DNA of 53,931 nt from a virus (taxonomy: Duplodnaviria > Caudoviricetes), in IMG/VR virus record IMGVR_UViG_3300042936_001056, positions 1 to 53,931 of that record, one strand, 5' to 3'. Below, one piece after another: positions 8,241 through 17,503 of this stretch. The notes under the pieces were generated by a model. The model saw nothing but the letters and a program-made list of their open reading frames with translations. It was not told where the DNA came from and did no database searches. Numbering within the stretch: the first letter of the stretch is position 1; each line of letters starts with the position of its first letter. The position numbers were made by a program, and so were the translations under genes.

Positions 8241-8568
8241 AATTTTACCTTATTTAGAAAAAATTGTATCTAATTTAATTAGGGATACAGAGTATAAAAT
8301 ACATACAGTAAATTATGGGGGGACTATTGGGGATTTATTAGTAGATATTTATTTCCCTATGTATCCCGATGAAGGATATACTTATACCGAACATGAGTTA
8401 TTGGATTGGATAAAGGATCCAACTTGGTTAGTTGGTACAAGTGACATAAAATATTTTGAAAACTATTATGGTTTGTCGGAATATGAGACAGAAATTGTTT
8501 TAAATATGTTTTTGTTAAAATTCTCATCTATAATTTACGATGAAATGGGAAAACATAAAACTTTTTAA
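8230..8568 (+). CDS. Single 'domain A' protein
   Basis: YLEKIVSNLIRDT...FP...ENYYGLSEYETEIVL. Confidence 0.7.
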   Translation: MDSKILPYLEKIVSNLIRDTEYKIHTVNYGGTIGDLLVDIYFPMYPDEGYTYTEHELLDWIKDPTWLVGTSDIKYFENYYGLSEYETEIVLNMFLLKFSSIIYDEMGKHKTF

Positions 8569-8601
8569 AGTAAGTTAATATTTATAAATAAAATAATTGA
8601 T

Positions 8602-8970
8602 ATGAAAAAAATAGTTAGATTAAAAGAATCGGATTTACATAGAATTGTAAAAAGAGTAATTAGAGAAAGTCAAAACCCTATACTAAATGAGTTAGGTGGT
8701 ATGGATGATGGTCACCCGTTTTCTGGTAGTATGAACTTTAATGATTTATCATCTGATGACAGAGAAAAGGTTAATAAATATTATAGAGTTGATGATGTAG
8801 AAGTGGGCGATTCTTTTTCTGAATTAGATAGTGAATTAGAAGATGATTTTGAGGATGATGAATACCCAAAACCAAGTATGAGACATAATAGAGAATACCC
8901 AAAACCAAGTATGAGACATAATAGAAATAGTGAAATACCATTTCGACCACGTCCATTTAATAGAGATTAA
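8602..8970 (+). CDS. Leader-bearing acidic/basic low-complexity protein
   Basis: MKKIVRLKESDLHRIVKRVIRES leader; ATATTTAT at 8578. Confidence 0.75.
   Translation: MKKIVRLKESDLHRIVKRVIRESQNPILNELGGMDDGHPFSGSMNFNDLSSDDREKVNKYYRVDDVEVGDSFSELDSELEDDFEDDEYPKPSMRHNREYPKPSMRHNRNSEIPFRPRPFNRD
8860..8925 (+). repeat. 33-bp in-frame tandem duplication (EYPKPSMRHNR x2)
   Basis: GAATACCCAAAACCAAGTATGAGACATAATAGA occurs twice. Confidence 0.9.
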
Positions 8971-8974
8971 TATT

Positions 8975-9235
8975 ATGAAAAATTTAATCAGAAGAATATT
9001 AAAAGAAGAGGTCGAGGAGGCTTCTCTCAGCAAACATCCTAACGCAGAAGAAATAAAAAAAGGTAAGAAAACTGGTTGTTATAAAGTTAACAGTGGTGAT
9101 CAAATGTTAAAAATTGCATTGGCTTTCGGAATTACTTTAGACGATATTAAGGCACTAAATGGTAAGAGAAATGGTGACATAAGTCCAGGTGAAGTACTTA
9201 GAGTACAAAATAGGGTTAAATTTGACGGTTGTTAA
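8975..9235 (+). CDS. LysM-domain protein with leader
   Basis: MKNLIRRILKEE, then YKVNSGDQMLKIALAFGITLDDIKALNG...ISPGEVLRV (LysM pattern). Confidence 0.85.
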   Translation: MKNLIRRILKEEVEEASLSKHPNAEEIKKGKKTGCYKVNSGDQMLKIALAFGITLDDIKALNGKRNGDISPGEVLRVQNRVKFDGC

Positions 9236-9247
9236 AATTAAAAAATT

Positions 9248-9961
9248 ATGAAAAAAATTATTAGATTGACTGAAAGTGACATTAACAGAATAGTTAAAAG
9301 AGTTATAAGTGAAGACGAATCAGTTGTTGATATAACTACATTACTTAGAAAAATAAATGGTAAATTGGTATCTATCCTAAGTGGTGAGTTGTCTAACTAT
9401 GTTGCCGATATTAAAGTAAAGTTTGGGTTTAACCCACAAAATCAATTTGAAATTTATGATAGTGTTGATAATATATTAACATTTGACGATAAATCAAGTG
9501 CTTGGGAGGGTGCAACAATTGATTTTAGACAACCTATCGTCTACTTAAAGGAAATTAATTCTGTTGACTATATTGACGATATTGAGAGTAGTTTAACTGC
9601 AGAAGAGTTGACTACTTTTGATCAGGTTGGATCAGTTAAAAAATTCCCCGATAAATCACTGAGAGATTTAATGACTAACGGTAAAATTTTATTATGGTTA
9701 AAACCATTAAGTAATCCAAATATAATGACTTGGAAAAGGTTAAATGTTTCAAGTAATAGTGGTGACGCAGGATGTATGGGTGTTAATGCCAAGTATGACA
9801 AATTAGGTGAAGATGTTCTAGCGACAGATATATTTTTCTTAGAAGGAGAACCTATTACTAAGTCTAACAAAATTTGTAATGGTGGGGTATTAATTTCCAA
9901 TAACGGTATCGGTATCGGTTTTGATAAACCAATAAATGATATATTAAATACCAACAAATAG
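9248..9961 (+). CDS. Leader-bearing hypothetical protein
   Basis: MKKIIRLTESDINRIVKRVISED leader. Confidence 0.75.
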   Translation: MKKIIRLTESDINRIVKRVISEDESVVDITTLLRKINGKLVSILSGELSNYVADIKVKFGFNPQNQFEIYDSVDNILTFDDKSSAWEGATIDFRQPIVYLKEINSVDYIDDIESSLTAEELTTFDQVGSVKKFPDKSLRDLMTNGKILLWLKPLSNPNIMTWKRLNVSSNSGDAGCMGVNAKYDKLGEDVLATDIFFLEGEPITKSNKICNGGVLISNNGIGIGFDKPINDILNTNK

Positions 9962-10435
9962 TTACCTTACTTTGAACGGTTTAACTACGTTAATTAATTC
10001 ACCAGAATTATTGATGTGGAATACAACCTCCCCTACGTTTGGTGGGTAGTTACTGTAATATGTAATATCCTTATCCGTCACTATTTCATATCTATACTCA
10101 CTATCGATTGTAGTATTTATAGATACTACAATAACAGGTTTACTATCATTTGTCCACAGGTGTTCTGAAAAATAAAGTTTATTGAATAAACTATTTTCAT
10201 ATTCCCATTTAGGGATAAAATTGTTGGCAATAGGATCATAATAACCAAAGATATTGCCAACATTATGTTTAACGTTTGAGGTGTATTCTAACCCATTATC
10301 GATTTTCAGAAGATATTGACTACTCCCACTATCTACCGATGACTCAACATTGATTACAAATAGTGTGTCAAAATTAATCTGAGAATATAAACTATTAGTA
10401 ACTAAGACTACTAAAATAAAAACTAACTTTTTCAT
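9962..10435 (-). CDS. Secreted hypothetical protein (Sec/SPI signal peptide)
   Basis: MKKLVFILVVLVTNSLYS|Q; start refined from the ORF track. Confidence 0.75.
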   Translation of the reverse strand: MKKLVFILVVLVTNSLYSQINFDTLFVINVESSVDSGSSQYLLKIDNGLEYTSNVKHNVGNIFGYYDPIANNFIPKWEYENSLFNKLYFSEHLWTNDSKPVIVVSINTTIDSEYRYEIVTDKDITYYSNYPPNVGEVVFHINNSGELINVVKPFKVR

Positions 10436-10542
10436 AATTTTATAATTTAAAACAAATTTAAAAAAATTTTTGAATAAAACAAAATATTTATAATAAAATT
10501 TAAAGAGAAACGGATTAGGACCGTTATTGTCTACGGACAATT

Positions 10543-10578
10543 AAAACCCACTAGGTTCGCTACCAAAGTGGGTTTTTT
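10543..10578. terminator. Terminator-like hairpin, preceded by two further hairpins
   Basis: AAAACCCACT...AGTGGGTTTT with A/T runs on both sides. Confidence 0.6.
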
Positions 10579-10858
10579 ATCTTATACGAATTCCCTTAAT
10601 ATCCTCCACCCTAATGTTTTTTAAATTTAAAGTCCCATAAGAGTTGTTTTTAAACACTCCACTGTTGAATAGGTTTAACATTACATAGTAAAGGTATTCG
10701 GGAAGAAGTATATCCGTTTCAATAACTTTAATACCTATATGTTCTGGGTTATAATCTTTTACAGGATACCCTACAGTATCTTCACTACCTTTTCTAACTA
10801 ACCAAAAATCCGCCTCAGGAAAATTAATTTTAATCTCACACAAATCATTTAGTTTCAT
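10577..10858 (-). CDS. Small protein resembling a type I restriction S-subunit (HsdS) target-recognition fragment
   Basis: MKLNDLCEI...ILLPEYLYYVM...GTLNLKNIRVEDIKGIRI follows the HsdS half-domain pattern. Confidence 0.5.
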   Translation of the reverse strand: MKLNDLCEIKINFPEADFWLVRKGSEDTVGYPVKDYNPEHIGIKVIETDILLPEYLYYVMLNLFNSGVFKNNSYGTLNLKNIRVEDIKGIRIR

Positions 10859-10859
10859 A

Positions 10860-11015
10860 TTATCCAATTTTAATCCATTTATTATTAACAAAGTCTTCTC
10901 TAAAGGTTACTGTTTGTAACCATTTCCAATCATCACCAATTTTAGTAGGGATTAGTAAAAATTTAGTAACCATTCTATCGGTACCATTAAGATTTCTTAG
11001 AACAATTGTTTTCAT
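10860..11015 (-). CDS. Small hypothetical protein (51 aa, not in the ORF track)
   Basis: MKTIVLRNLNGTDRMVTKFLLIPTKIGDDWKWLQ...; lies directly downstream of a host-type promoter. Confidence 0.6.
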   Translation of the reverse strand: MKTIVLRNLNGTDRMVTKFLLIPTKIGDDWKWLQTVTFREDFVNNKWIKIG

Positions 11016-11032
11016 AATTATCTATTTTAAGA

Positions 11033-11064
11033 CAAATGTATAAAAAATAATTCAAATGCACAAA
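11033..11064 (-). promoter_or_regulatory. Bacteroidota-type promoter
   Basis: TTTG, 20-nt spacer, TACATTTG on the minus strand. Confidence 0.65.
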
Positions 11065-11093
11065 TTTTATATAAAAAATAATATTTATAATAT

Positions 11094-11390
11094 ATGAAAA
11101 ACATAATTAGAAAGATATTAAAAGAAGAAATTCAAAAAAAGGAATTTGGTATTTGTAATATAATGACTGTCGACACTTATGAGGAGGGTATTAAACTTTT
11201 AGAAAAATACTTAGGTACTATAAAGGAAAATCCTAAGGCTTGGGGTTTGATAGAACAACCTTTAAAAATGTGGAAAGATTCTGCCGTTGAAATAAGAAAA
11301 GAACTGAGTAGAGACGGTATGACGGGTGACTCTGAGGTTGATGAGTCAGATACTTGGTGGGCATCTATACAGGGTTCTTTTTGTAAGTAA
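11094..11390 (+). CDS. Leader-bearing hypothetical protein
   Basis: MKNIIRKILKEE; ATATTTAT at 11081. Confidence 0.7.
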   Translation: MKNIIRKILKEEIQKKEFGICNIMTVDTYEEGIKLLEKYLGTIKENPKAWGLIEQPLKMWKDSAVEIRKELSRDGMTGDSEVDESDTWWASIQGSFCK

Positions 11391-11393
11391 CGT

Positions 11394-11996
11394 ATGAAGA
11401 ATATAATAAAAAAAATATTAGGTGAGGAATATAAAAAAATGATAAATATATCTAATCATACTACAGTGTTATCACATTATAATAATTCATTGACAATAAT
11501 TAACCTTAATGATGATAAGGTGTTGGCGTTTATAGGATTGAGTGAGGGTAAAGATTCTTTTTATTTTCCTATGATTGCTGCAGAAAAGGGTTATGGTCCC
11601 ACAGTATTAGAGGCTGCCCTTATGTACTCATACCCCAAAGGACTTATGGTTAGTAGAGATGGTGATATAAGAGAAGGTGCGTTTAATATATGGGAAAAAA
11701 TGTTTTATAGGGGCGACGTAATAAAGGAAACATTACCGTTAATCGATAAAAACTTTAATTTCGCAATTGTTACTGGTGAAAATGATCAAACTTATGAGAA
11801 TGAATTTGAGAAGATGTCTGAGTTTGATTATCATATTGAGGAGGGTTATAAAGATACAATAAGAATATATAATACTAAAATGATGTTAACCCCTAGTGAG
11901 GAATACGAAAAATTAATTGATCTTTCTCTTTTGTTGGATCATAAGGAAATTTATGAACAAGGTAGGGATTATTTTAGTATGAGATATAACAATTAA
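11394..11996 (+). CDS. Leader-bearing protein, possible GNAT-fold acetyltransferase
   Basis: MKNIIKKILGEE. AAEKGYGPTVLEAAL...AFNIWEKM resembles GNAT motifs A and B. Confidence 0.45.
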   Translation: MKNIIKKILGEEYKKMINISNHTTVLSHYNNSLTIINLNDDKVLAFIGLSEGKDSFYFPMIAAEKGYGPTVLEAALMYSYPKGLMVSRDGDIREGAFNIWEKMFYRGDVIKETLPLIDKNFNFAIVTGENDQTYENEFEKMSEFDYHIEEGYKDTIRIYNTKMMLTPSEEYEKLIDLSLLLDHKEIYEQGRDYFSMRYNN

Positions 11997-12052
11997 ATTT
12001 AATAGTTTTAATTTTAAACATAAACCATATATTTATATATAAAATAGAAAAA

Positions 12053-12328
12053 ATGGGAAGACTATCAAAACAAAAAAGAATAATCATTGAGGGTATCAAT
12101 AAAAGGTTATTAGGTGAGTCAATGATTGATATTGACAATGTTCTCCATTTAATGAAATTTAAATTCGGTTTAGGTGACTTAACACCAGAAAGTGTTGAGG
12201 AGTTTAATAACTGGGTAGGTGACATAAAAGAAAGAATGACTGACGAAGAATATGCTACATTATTCAACGATTGGTTGAGTAGTGATGGGGATATGGGTGA
12301 AAATTATAATGAATATAATCAAAATTGA
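12053..12328 (+). CDS. Leader-bearing hypothetical protein
   Basis: ...IIEGINKRLLGES; ATATTTAT at 12029. Confidence 0.65.
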   Translation: MGRLSKQKRIIIEGINKRLLGESMIDIDNVLHLMKFKFGLGDLTPESVEEFNNWVGDIKERMTDEEYATLFNDWLSSDGDMGENYNEYNQN

Positions 12329-12329
12329 C

Positions 12330-13112
12330 ATGAAAAAAAGAGTGTTTAGACTTACTGAGAGTCAAATAGATCGTTTAAGTAAAAGATTATTAAATGAATC
12401 ATATGGTTTAATATCTTATCAAGATACAATGTGTGAAATTATTTGTAAAGAAAAAGTTGCTAAATACGGATCCAAAGGAGATGTTGTTCAAAAGATACAA
12501 CACTTATTATATACCAACCAATATAATAAAAAATACGCAGGTGGTGGAATGAAAGGTGATTTTTGTCACAGAGATTTTAGAGAATGTGATGGTATATTTA
12601 AAAATCAAACCAAAACTGCGGTAGAGGAATTCCAAAGAGACGCAGGTATAAAGGTTGATGGTGTTGTAGGTTACGAAACTTGGAAGGCGATGTGTGACAA
12701 GTTAACATTTCCCGAATCATTACCAAAAGACAAATTCTGTCTTGATTGTCCTTGTGATGATAACTTTCAAGATGATTTTCAAGATGACTTTAACGATATA
12801 GATGTTATTAACCCTAATTTTAATGAGATAGACAATATTGATTGTGACAAACTAAAGAAATGTGTTAAAGATTTTATATTAGTTCCAGGACCAAATTACA
12901 TAGGTTTTGAAAAATGTATTGGTGGTGGGGATAAACAAAAAATAGTAAATGAAAGAGACTGGACGTGTAAAGTGTGTAAAGATACATTCACTGATGGTTA
13001 CATTAATAAAATGCCTATAGTTGTTAATGACCCAAAAAACTATAATAACTATTTACGTTATTTAGGTGACTGGTGTCTGTCTAACTGTGACGGGTTTAAA
13101 CCATTAGCGTAA
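12330..13112 (+). CDS. Cys-rich peptidoglycan-binding (PG_binding_1-type) protein with leader
   Basis: MKKRVFRLTESQIDRLSKRLLNES. GSKGDVVQKIQHLL...DGIFKNQTKTAVEEFQRDAGIKVDGVVGYETW. Confidence 0.85.
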   Translation: MKKRVFRLTESQIDRLSKRLLNESYGLISYQDTMCEIICKEKVAKYGSKGDVVQKIQHLLYTNQYNKKYAGGGMKGDFCHRDFRECDGIFKNQTKTAVEEFQRDAGIKVDGVVGYETWKAMCDKLTFPESLPKDKFCLDCPCDDNFQDDFQDDFNDIDVINPNFNEIDNIDCDKLKKCVKDFILVPGPNYIGFEKCIGGGDKQKIVNERDWTCKVCKDTFTDGYINKMPIVVNDPKNYNNYLRYLGDWCLSNCDGFKPLA

Positions 13113-13351
13113 TGAGAAAAGTAATTATAACTGAGAAACAATTAAGAGGTATAATAGAAGAGTCATACTATGATTCTCAAAAATTATATAGTAAAGAGTA
13201 CATCGTAAATGTAACTAGAACTGCACCATCTAATATTAAAAACATTGTAAGGGGGTTAGAGATTTTAGGTTGTACAGATAGGGATGGTAATACTACACAG
13301 TGTGTAAGAATTCCTGAAATATTATTTGTTTACATCAGTGGTAGATATTAA
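13112..13351 (+). CDS. Small leader-bearing protein
   Basis: MRKVIITEKQLRGIIEES. Confidence 0.7.
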   Translation: MRKVIITEKQLRGIIEESYYDSQKLYSKEYIVNVTRTAPSNIKNIVRGLEILGCTDRDGNTTQCVRIPEILFVYISGRY

Positions 13352-13531
13352 TTGAGTTGTTATTTTAGAACCATAACATTCCAATTTATCATCCATCACA
13401 TTCCATAAATCTTTTTTTCCTTCTGTCATATGACAGTTGTGTTTTTTACCAGTCCTTACACCGAACTCCACAATCATATCATTATGTCTATTACGGATAA
13501 AGTGTGGACATTCTTTACAGGGTTTTTTCAT
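13322..13531 (-). CDS. Small putative Zn-binding protein
   Basis: MKKPCKECP...HNCH...C; ATGA overlap with the upstream gene. Confidence 0.6.
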   Translation of the reverse strand: MKKPCKECPHFIRNRHNDMIVEFGVRTGKKHNCHMTEGKKDLWNVMDDKLECYGSKITTQLISTTDVNK

Positions 13532-13926
13532 TTTATTTTCCATACAAAGTAGACACATTTATCTGAACAATCCCAAGTATCTAAAAGTACCCCACCATCT
13601 AATACCGAAACGTGTTTAGATACTCTTATGATATATTTACCTTCTGGATCAATTTTAGACAATGTTTTGGCAGTCATCCTACGTTCTCCTTTCACACCTG
13701 GAAATGAAATTCTCTCATAAGTGAAACCTAAGTCAACTAAAGTTTTTGTTATTTGACTCTCCCAATCTTTGTCAGTTCTTTTAGACGCTCTCCACCCATT
13801 ATCGTACATAAGTTTATGTACTTTACTGTATTCAGAATTTGTTATTATGGTTACCGCCCTAACCATACAATCGCCATTACATTTAATGTCATTTTCTGTC
13901 TTCGGTTGTGTGTGTTTGAAAATCAT
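13528..13926 (-). CDS. Papain-like (C39-related) fold protein
   Basis: GDCMVRA...HVSVLDGGVLLDTWD, a Cys-His-Asp pattern. Confidence 0.55.
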   Translation of the reverse strand: MIFKHTQPKTENDIKCNGDCMVRAVTIITNSEYSKVHKLMYDNGWRASKRTDKDWESQITKTLVDLGFTYERISFPGVKGERRMTAKTLSKIDPEGKYIIRVSKHVSVLDGGVLLDTWDCSDKCVYFVWKIK

Positions 13927-13945
13927 ATTTGTAAATTTTATAATA

Positions 13946-13976
13946 CAAAGATACGAAAAATTTTTTAAACTACAAA
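13946..13976 (-). promoter_or_regulatory. Bacteroidota-type promoter
   Basis: TTTG, 19-nt spacer, TATCTTTG on the minus strand. Confidence 0.65.
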
Positions 13977-14003
13977 AAAAAAGTCTCTACAAATGCAGAG
14001 ACC
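13974..14003 (-). terminator. Intrinsic terminator after the DoxX-like gene
   Basis: Minus strand GTCTCT...AGAGAC stem followed by T9. Confidence 0.7.
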
Positions 14004-14026
14004 TTTCAACAATTACTGTTATTTTA

Positions 14027-14404
14027 TTACTTTTTTCTCAAAAAATAACTTAACCAAGCCATAGATCCAATGACAATTGGTGTTGTAACTCCTTCACCAC
14101 CCATTATGGATAAGTGTAGTGCAACTGCCGCAGACATAATAGAACCAACCAAAGCCGCACCATATAGTGACGTTCTTGGTATTACTAAAAGTACTACCGA
14201 TAACAATTTCAATACACCAATAAACTCAATGTAAGGTAGTAAATTCATAAAGGTGAAATTTTTAACCATTTCATCTGTACCAATTATACAGGAGACACCC
14301 CCTAAACCTAACATAAAAAATGTTAGTGACATCAAAACCAAACTTAGATTATTAATCGTAAAAAATGATTTTAGTTTTTGAAAATAAATTTTAATAGTAT
14401 CCAT
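14027..14404 (-). CDS. DoxX-family membrane protein
   Basis: Four hydrophobic segments; IGVLKLLSVVLLVIPRTSLYGAALVGSIMSAAVALHL. Confidence 0.75.
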   Translation of the reverse strand: MDTIKIYFQKLKSFFTINNLSLVLMSLTFFMLGLGGVSCIIGTDEMVKNFTFMNLLPYIEFIGVLKLLSVVLLVIPRTSLYGAALVGSIMSAAVALHLSIMGGEGVTTPIVIGSMAWLSYFLRKK

Positions 14405-14475
14405 ATTTTTTAATTTTATGTAATATTATGGTTATTTTTTCTAATAGTCAATATATTTATATAAAAAACATTGAT

Positions 14476-14916
14476 ATGAAAATTAAAAAAAATGGTAAGG
14501 TTATCGAATTAACTGAAAATGATCTTAAAAAAATAATTGACAATTCCCCAAAAAATGTTGAGGAAGGAATTATGTCTTCTATTAAGGGTATTGGTGGTTT
14601 ACTTAAAGGTACTGGTTACAGTTATACTAAATACGCTTACGAGATGACTGGAAAACTTAAAGAACTTAATGAGGATTTAGAAGAGTCGGTTATTGAATTA
14701 AGTAGGATATTAGATAAATCTAATCAATCTAAGATGTCAAATATATCTTTTGATAGGTTGTCTACACACATTACTGATGCGTTAGACGCATATAGAATGG
14801 TTATAGATACTAATGAAATAATCATTTCGGATTTAGAAAATTCTGTTTCTAATAATAGAAATCAGACTAGGGCTCAACAAACCCCTAATTCACAGTTTAA
14901 TAGAAACAACCCTTAA
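14476..14916 (+). CDS. Leader-bearing coiled-coil protein
   Basis: MKIKKNGKVIELTENDLKKII...VEEG; ATATTTAT at 14453. Confidence 0.7.
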   Translation: MKIKKNGKVIELTENDLKKIIDNSPKNVEEGIMSSIKGIGGLLKGTGYSYTKYAYEMTGKLKELNEDLEESVIELSRILDKSNQSKMSNISFDRLSTHITDALDAYRMVIDTNEIIISDLENSVSNNRNQTRAQQTPNSQFNRNNP

Positions 14917-15179
14917 TTTAAAATTTCATAGTATAAATATAAATCATTACCGTCAACCCCTACATAAAGTTGGCGGTATTTTTTTTGTGAAAGAATTTCT
15001 TTTCTTTCTTTATCATCTATTTTAAATCTAATTATTTTACCATTAACACCTTTTACTTTATCCCATTTAGATTTTGTGTCGTTAGAGGCTTTAATGATAG
15101 AACCTTTAGTTTCTGACACTTCTTCTCTTTTTTTAGGTGAAGAGTCTTTTGGTAAATTACTATCAACTTTTTTTCTCAT
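14913..15179 (-). CDS. Basic hypothetical protein (host-type promoter)
   Basis: Start refined to MRKKVDS; TATATTTG on the minus strand at 15187-94. Confidence 0.6.
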   Translation of the reverse strand: MRKKVDSNLPKDSSPKKREEVSETKGSIIKASNDTKSKWDKVKGVNGKIIRFKIDDKERKEILSQKKYRQLYVGVDGNDLYLYYEILN

Positions 15180-15250
15180 ATTAAGGCAAATATACAAATT
15201 TTTAAATTAAAAACCAATATTTATATAAAAATATCTTAAATGAACTGAAT

Positions 15251-15787
15251 ATGAATGATGAAAATATAAATAGAGTATTGTTAAATAAAATATTAAACAT
15301 TTTAAAGAAAGATATAACATTTGAGGATGGTAAAATGGTTTTTAATATCTACGATGATAGACAAGGTAAATTAACCATCAACAAAGCATCTGGAATAAAT
15401 ATAGTATTAAAAAATGGTGGATATGTAAACGATTATTTAGTCGGTTATTTAACGTATCAATATGGACTTAATAAAGAAGAATGTGAGATATTGTGGCGTG
15501 AAATATCCTTATACCTTAAAAAAGAAAATTATGTTTATCATTTAGGTCCAGTTCTATATGAAGACTATATCGAGTATCAAGAGGATCCTTATCGTGTTGA
15601 GGGGTATAGGGGAGAAATATATAATATAAGAAATTATAATTCTTTTAAAAAATTTGTAAATTATCACGCACACAATTTTCATGACCCACACAATGATGAA
15701 AGAGTAGATTATTTATCTATGATGGACGAAGAAGATTATATGGGCGTATATAATTATATAATGAACATAATAGAACAAAATTTATAA
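15251..15787 (+). CDS. Hypothetical protein with an N-terminal domain-A-like module
   Basis: LLNKILNILKKD...YLTYQYGLNKEECEILWREI; ATATTTAT at 15217. Confidence 0.65.
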   Translation: MNDENINRVLLNKILNILKKDITFEDGKMVFNIYDDRQGKLTINKASGINIVLKNGGYVNDYLVGYLTYQYGLNKEECEILWREISLYLKKENYVYHLGPVLYEDYIEYQEDPYRVEGYRGEIYNIRNYNSFKKFVNYHAHNFHDPHNDERVDYLSMMDEEDYMGVYNYIMNIIEQNL

Positions 15788-15898
15788 TATGCCAAAAACA
15801 AGACTATTCGCACTCCTTGGATTTCTGGAGGTTGTGGAGTAGAAGGTTGTATGGAAAGTCCTGGAATACTATGGTATTGGGTGAGATAAAATAATTAA

Positions 15899-16843
15899 AT
15901 GATTATGAAAATGATATCTATTTTAAATGAAGATTTGGAAAATAATGAAGATTTAGATTATACTAAAGATAATATTTTTCCTGAAAAATTTTATGAAAGG
16001 GTTTTTAAAATAATAGATAAAAACCCTGAAAATATGTTTAAGACTATTGAGACCTTACAATTCGGTGAGGACTTTGAGGGTGATTATGATCAATATCAAA
16101 AAGAATATAACATTGCCTACAAATATTTGTCAGAATATGAAAATAGGACACCGTTTTATCTAACGTTTGAATATGATAAAAACACTTTATCTGAATTTTT
16201 TGAAGAGGATAGAGATTATGATATAAGAAGAATGGTAGAGGATTATTTTGGTGGTGACTATGACTATGGTCACGATTATGATTGTATGGATACAGATTCT
16301 TGGTTGATCGATAAAATTAACGAAAAAAATATCGAAACTCTAAAGGGAAAATATTTAAAGGATTTAGAAGGTGAGGAAAGTGAAGAAGGTTTTTATGATT
16401 ATATTAAATCCGAATATGATTCAGAAATAGGTTGTTCCGCATCTGAGGCACAAACCAGTGCGGATGTTGAATACTTACATTCAGATTTCGAAAAGGGGGT
16501 AATGGAGTACTTATCCAACTTTAACGGAAAACTAGTTACAGATGAAAAGAGTTTCGGGTTAAAATTTGTTGGTAGTTTAGAGATAGGTGAATTAGTAAAT
16601 AGTGAATGGTATCAAGATGTAGTAGAAGATGCACTTTATAGTTATTATCCAGATTTAATTGATATACTGGCAGGAATTAAAGAAAAAGAACAGGATGGTT
16701 ATGGTGGTCAATATAATTACTTTTTTCCCGATGACTTAATACGAATTAATACGGATAAACATTTTAGATATGGTGGGGCAGGTGACATTGACTGGAAATA
16801 TTTCAACGAAATACTATCGGATAGATTAAATTATTGGGGTTAA
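15899..16843 (+). CDS. Acidic hypothetical protein, probable paralog of 42998..44014
   Basis: MKMISILNED leader; similar motif spacing to the 42998 ORF. Confidence 0.7.
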   Translation: MIMKMISILNEDLENNEDLDYTKDNIFPEKFYERVFKIIDKNPENMFKTIETLQFGEDFEGDYDQYQKEYNIAYKYLSEYENRTPFYLTFEYDKNTLSEFFEEDRDYDIRRMVEDYFGGDYDYGHDYDCMDTDSWLIDKINEKNIETLKGKYLKDLEGEESEEGFYDYIKSEYDSEIGCSASEAQTSADVEYLHSDFEKGVMEYLSNFNGKLVTDEKSFGLKFVGSLEIGELVNSEWYQDVVEDALYSYYPDLIDILAGIKEKEQDGYGGQYNYFFPDDLIRINTDKHFRYGGAGDIDWKYFNEILSDRLNYWG

Positions 16844-16860
16844 AGTTATATTTATAATAT

Positions 16861-17502
16861 ATGAGAACAAAAGATAAGGTAAGTAATATTAGAAAAGTTA
16901 ATCTTCTTATGGAAATGAGAGATAGATTAATTAATGAAACACCCCCATATCATCCTGAAATGGAGGATCCTGTAATTGCATCTAAAGCACAATACGGTTA
17001 TTTAGAAGGGGATTCGCCTGAACTGATTGGTAAAGAGGTTTGGTTTCATACTAATAGACATAATATAAAATATAAAAAAAATGGTGCTTTTGGTATATAT
17101 GGTAGAACTAAAAGAGGTGGTAAAAACCAACCAAAAGGTGCAATAGGATACACAAATGATATTCTTTTAGGTGGGGATATTAATTTTGATATTAGTCCAG
17201 GGTATCATGAAATTATGAGGACTACAAAAGATGCGGGTGAGATGTCTAAAAGAGAACAAATTGTAGGTGTTGGGGGTGTAGTGCAAGAATTACCTAACGA
17301 TCCAATAACGTTAAAAGGAATGGCAGAAGAAATTAAATATAACCCTTTTATTTCTGATTATTTTTTTACTGCTGATGGTGAAAATAAAGTATTGGGTGCA
17401 GAATTTGTTTATGCAGAATATCGTCCAGATGGTAGTTATTCACTACACGCAATAAACCCAACATTAGAACCATTTAAAATGGGGGAATATAATCCTTTTT
17501 AA
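16861..17502 (+). CDS. Leader-bearing hypothetical protein
   Basis: ...MRDRLINET; ATATTTAT at 16848. Confidence 0.7.
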   Translation: MRTKDKVSNIRKVNLLMEMRDRLINETPPYHPEMEDPVIASKAQYGYLEGDSPELIGKEVWFHTNRHNIKYKKNGAFGIYGRTKRGGKNQPKGAIGYTNDILLGGDINFDISPGYHEIMRTTKDAGEMSKREQIVGVGGVVQELPNDPITLKGMAEEIKYNPFISDYFFTADGENKVLGAEFVYAEYRPDGSYSLHAINPTLEPFKMGEYNPF

Positions 17503-17503
17503 A

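Noticed and set aside
3-8568. Diversity-generating retroelement behind the variable domain-A cores
   Set aside because: No reverse transcriptase in the window and no near-identical template/variable repeat pair differing at adenines.
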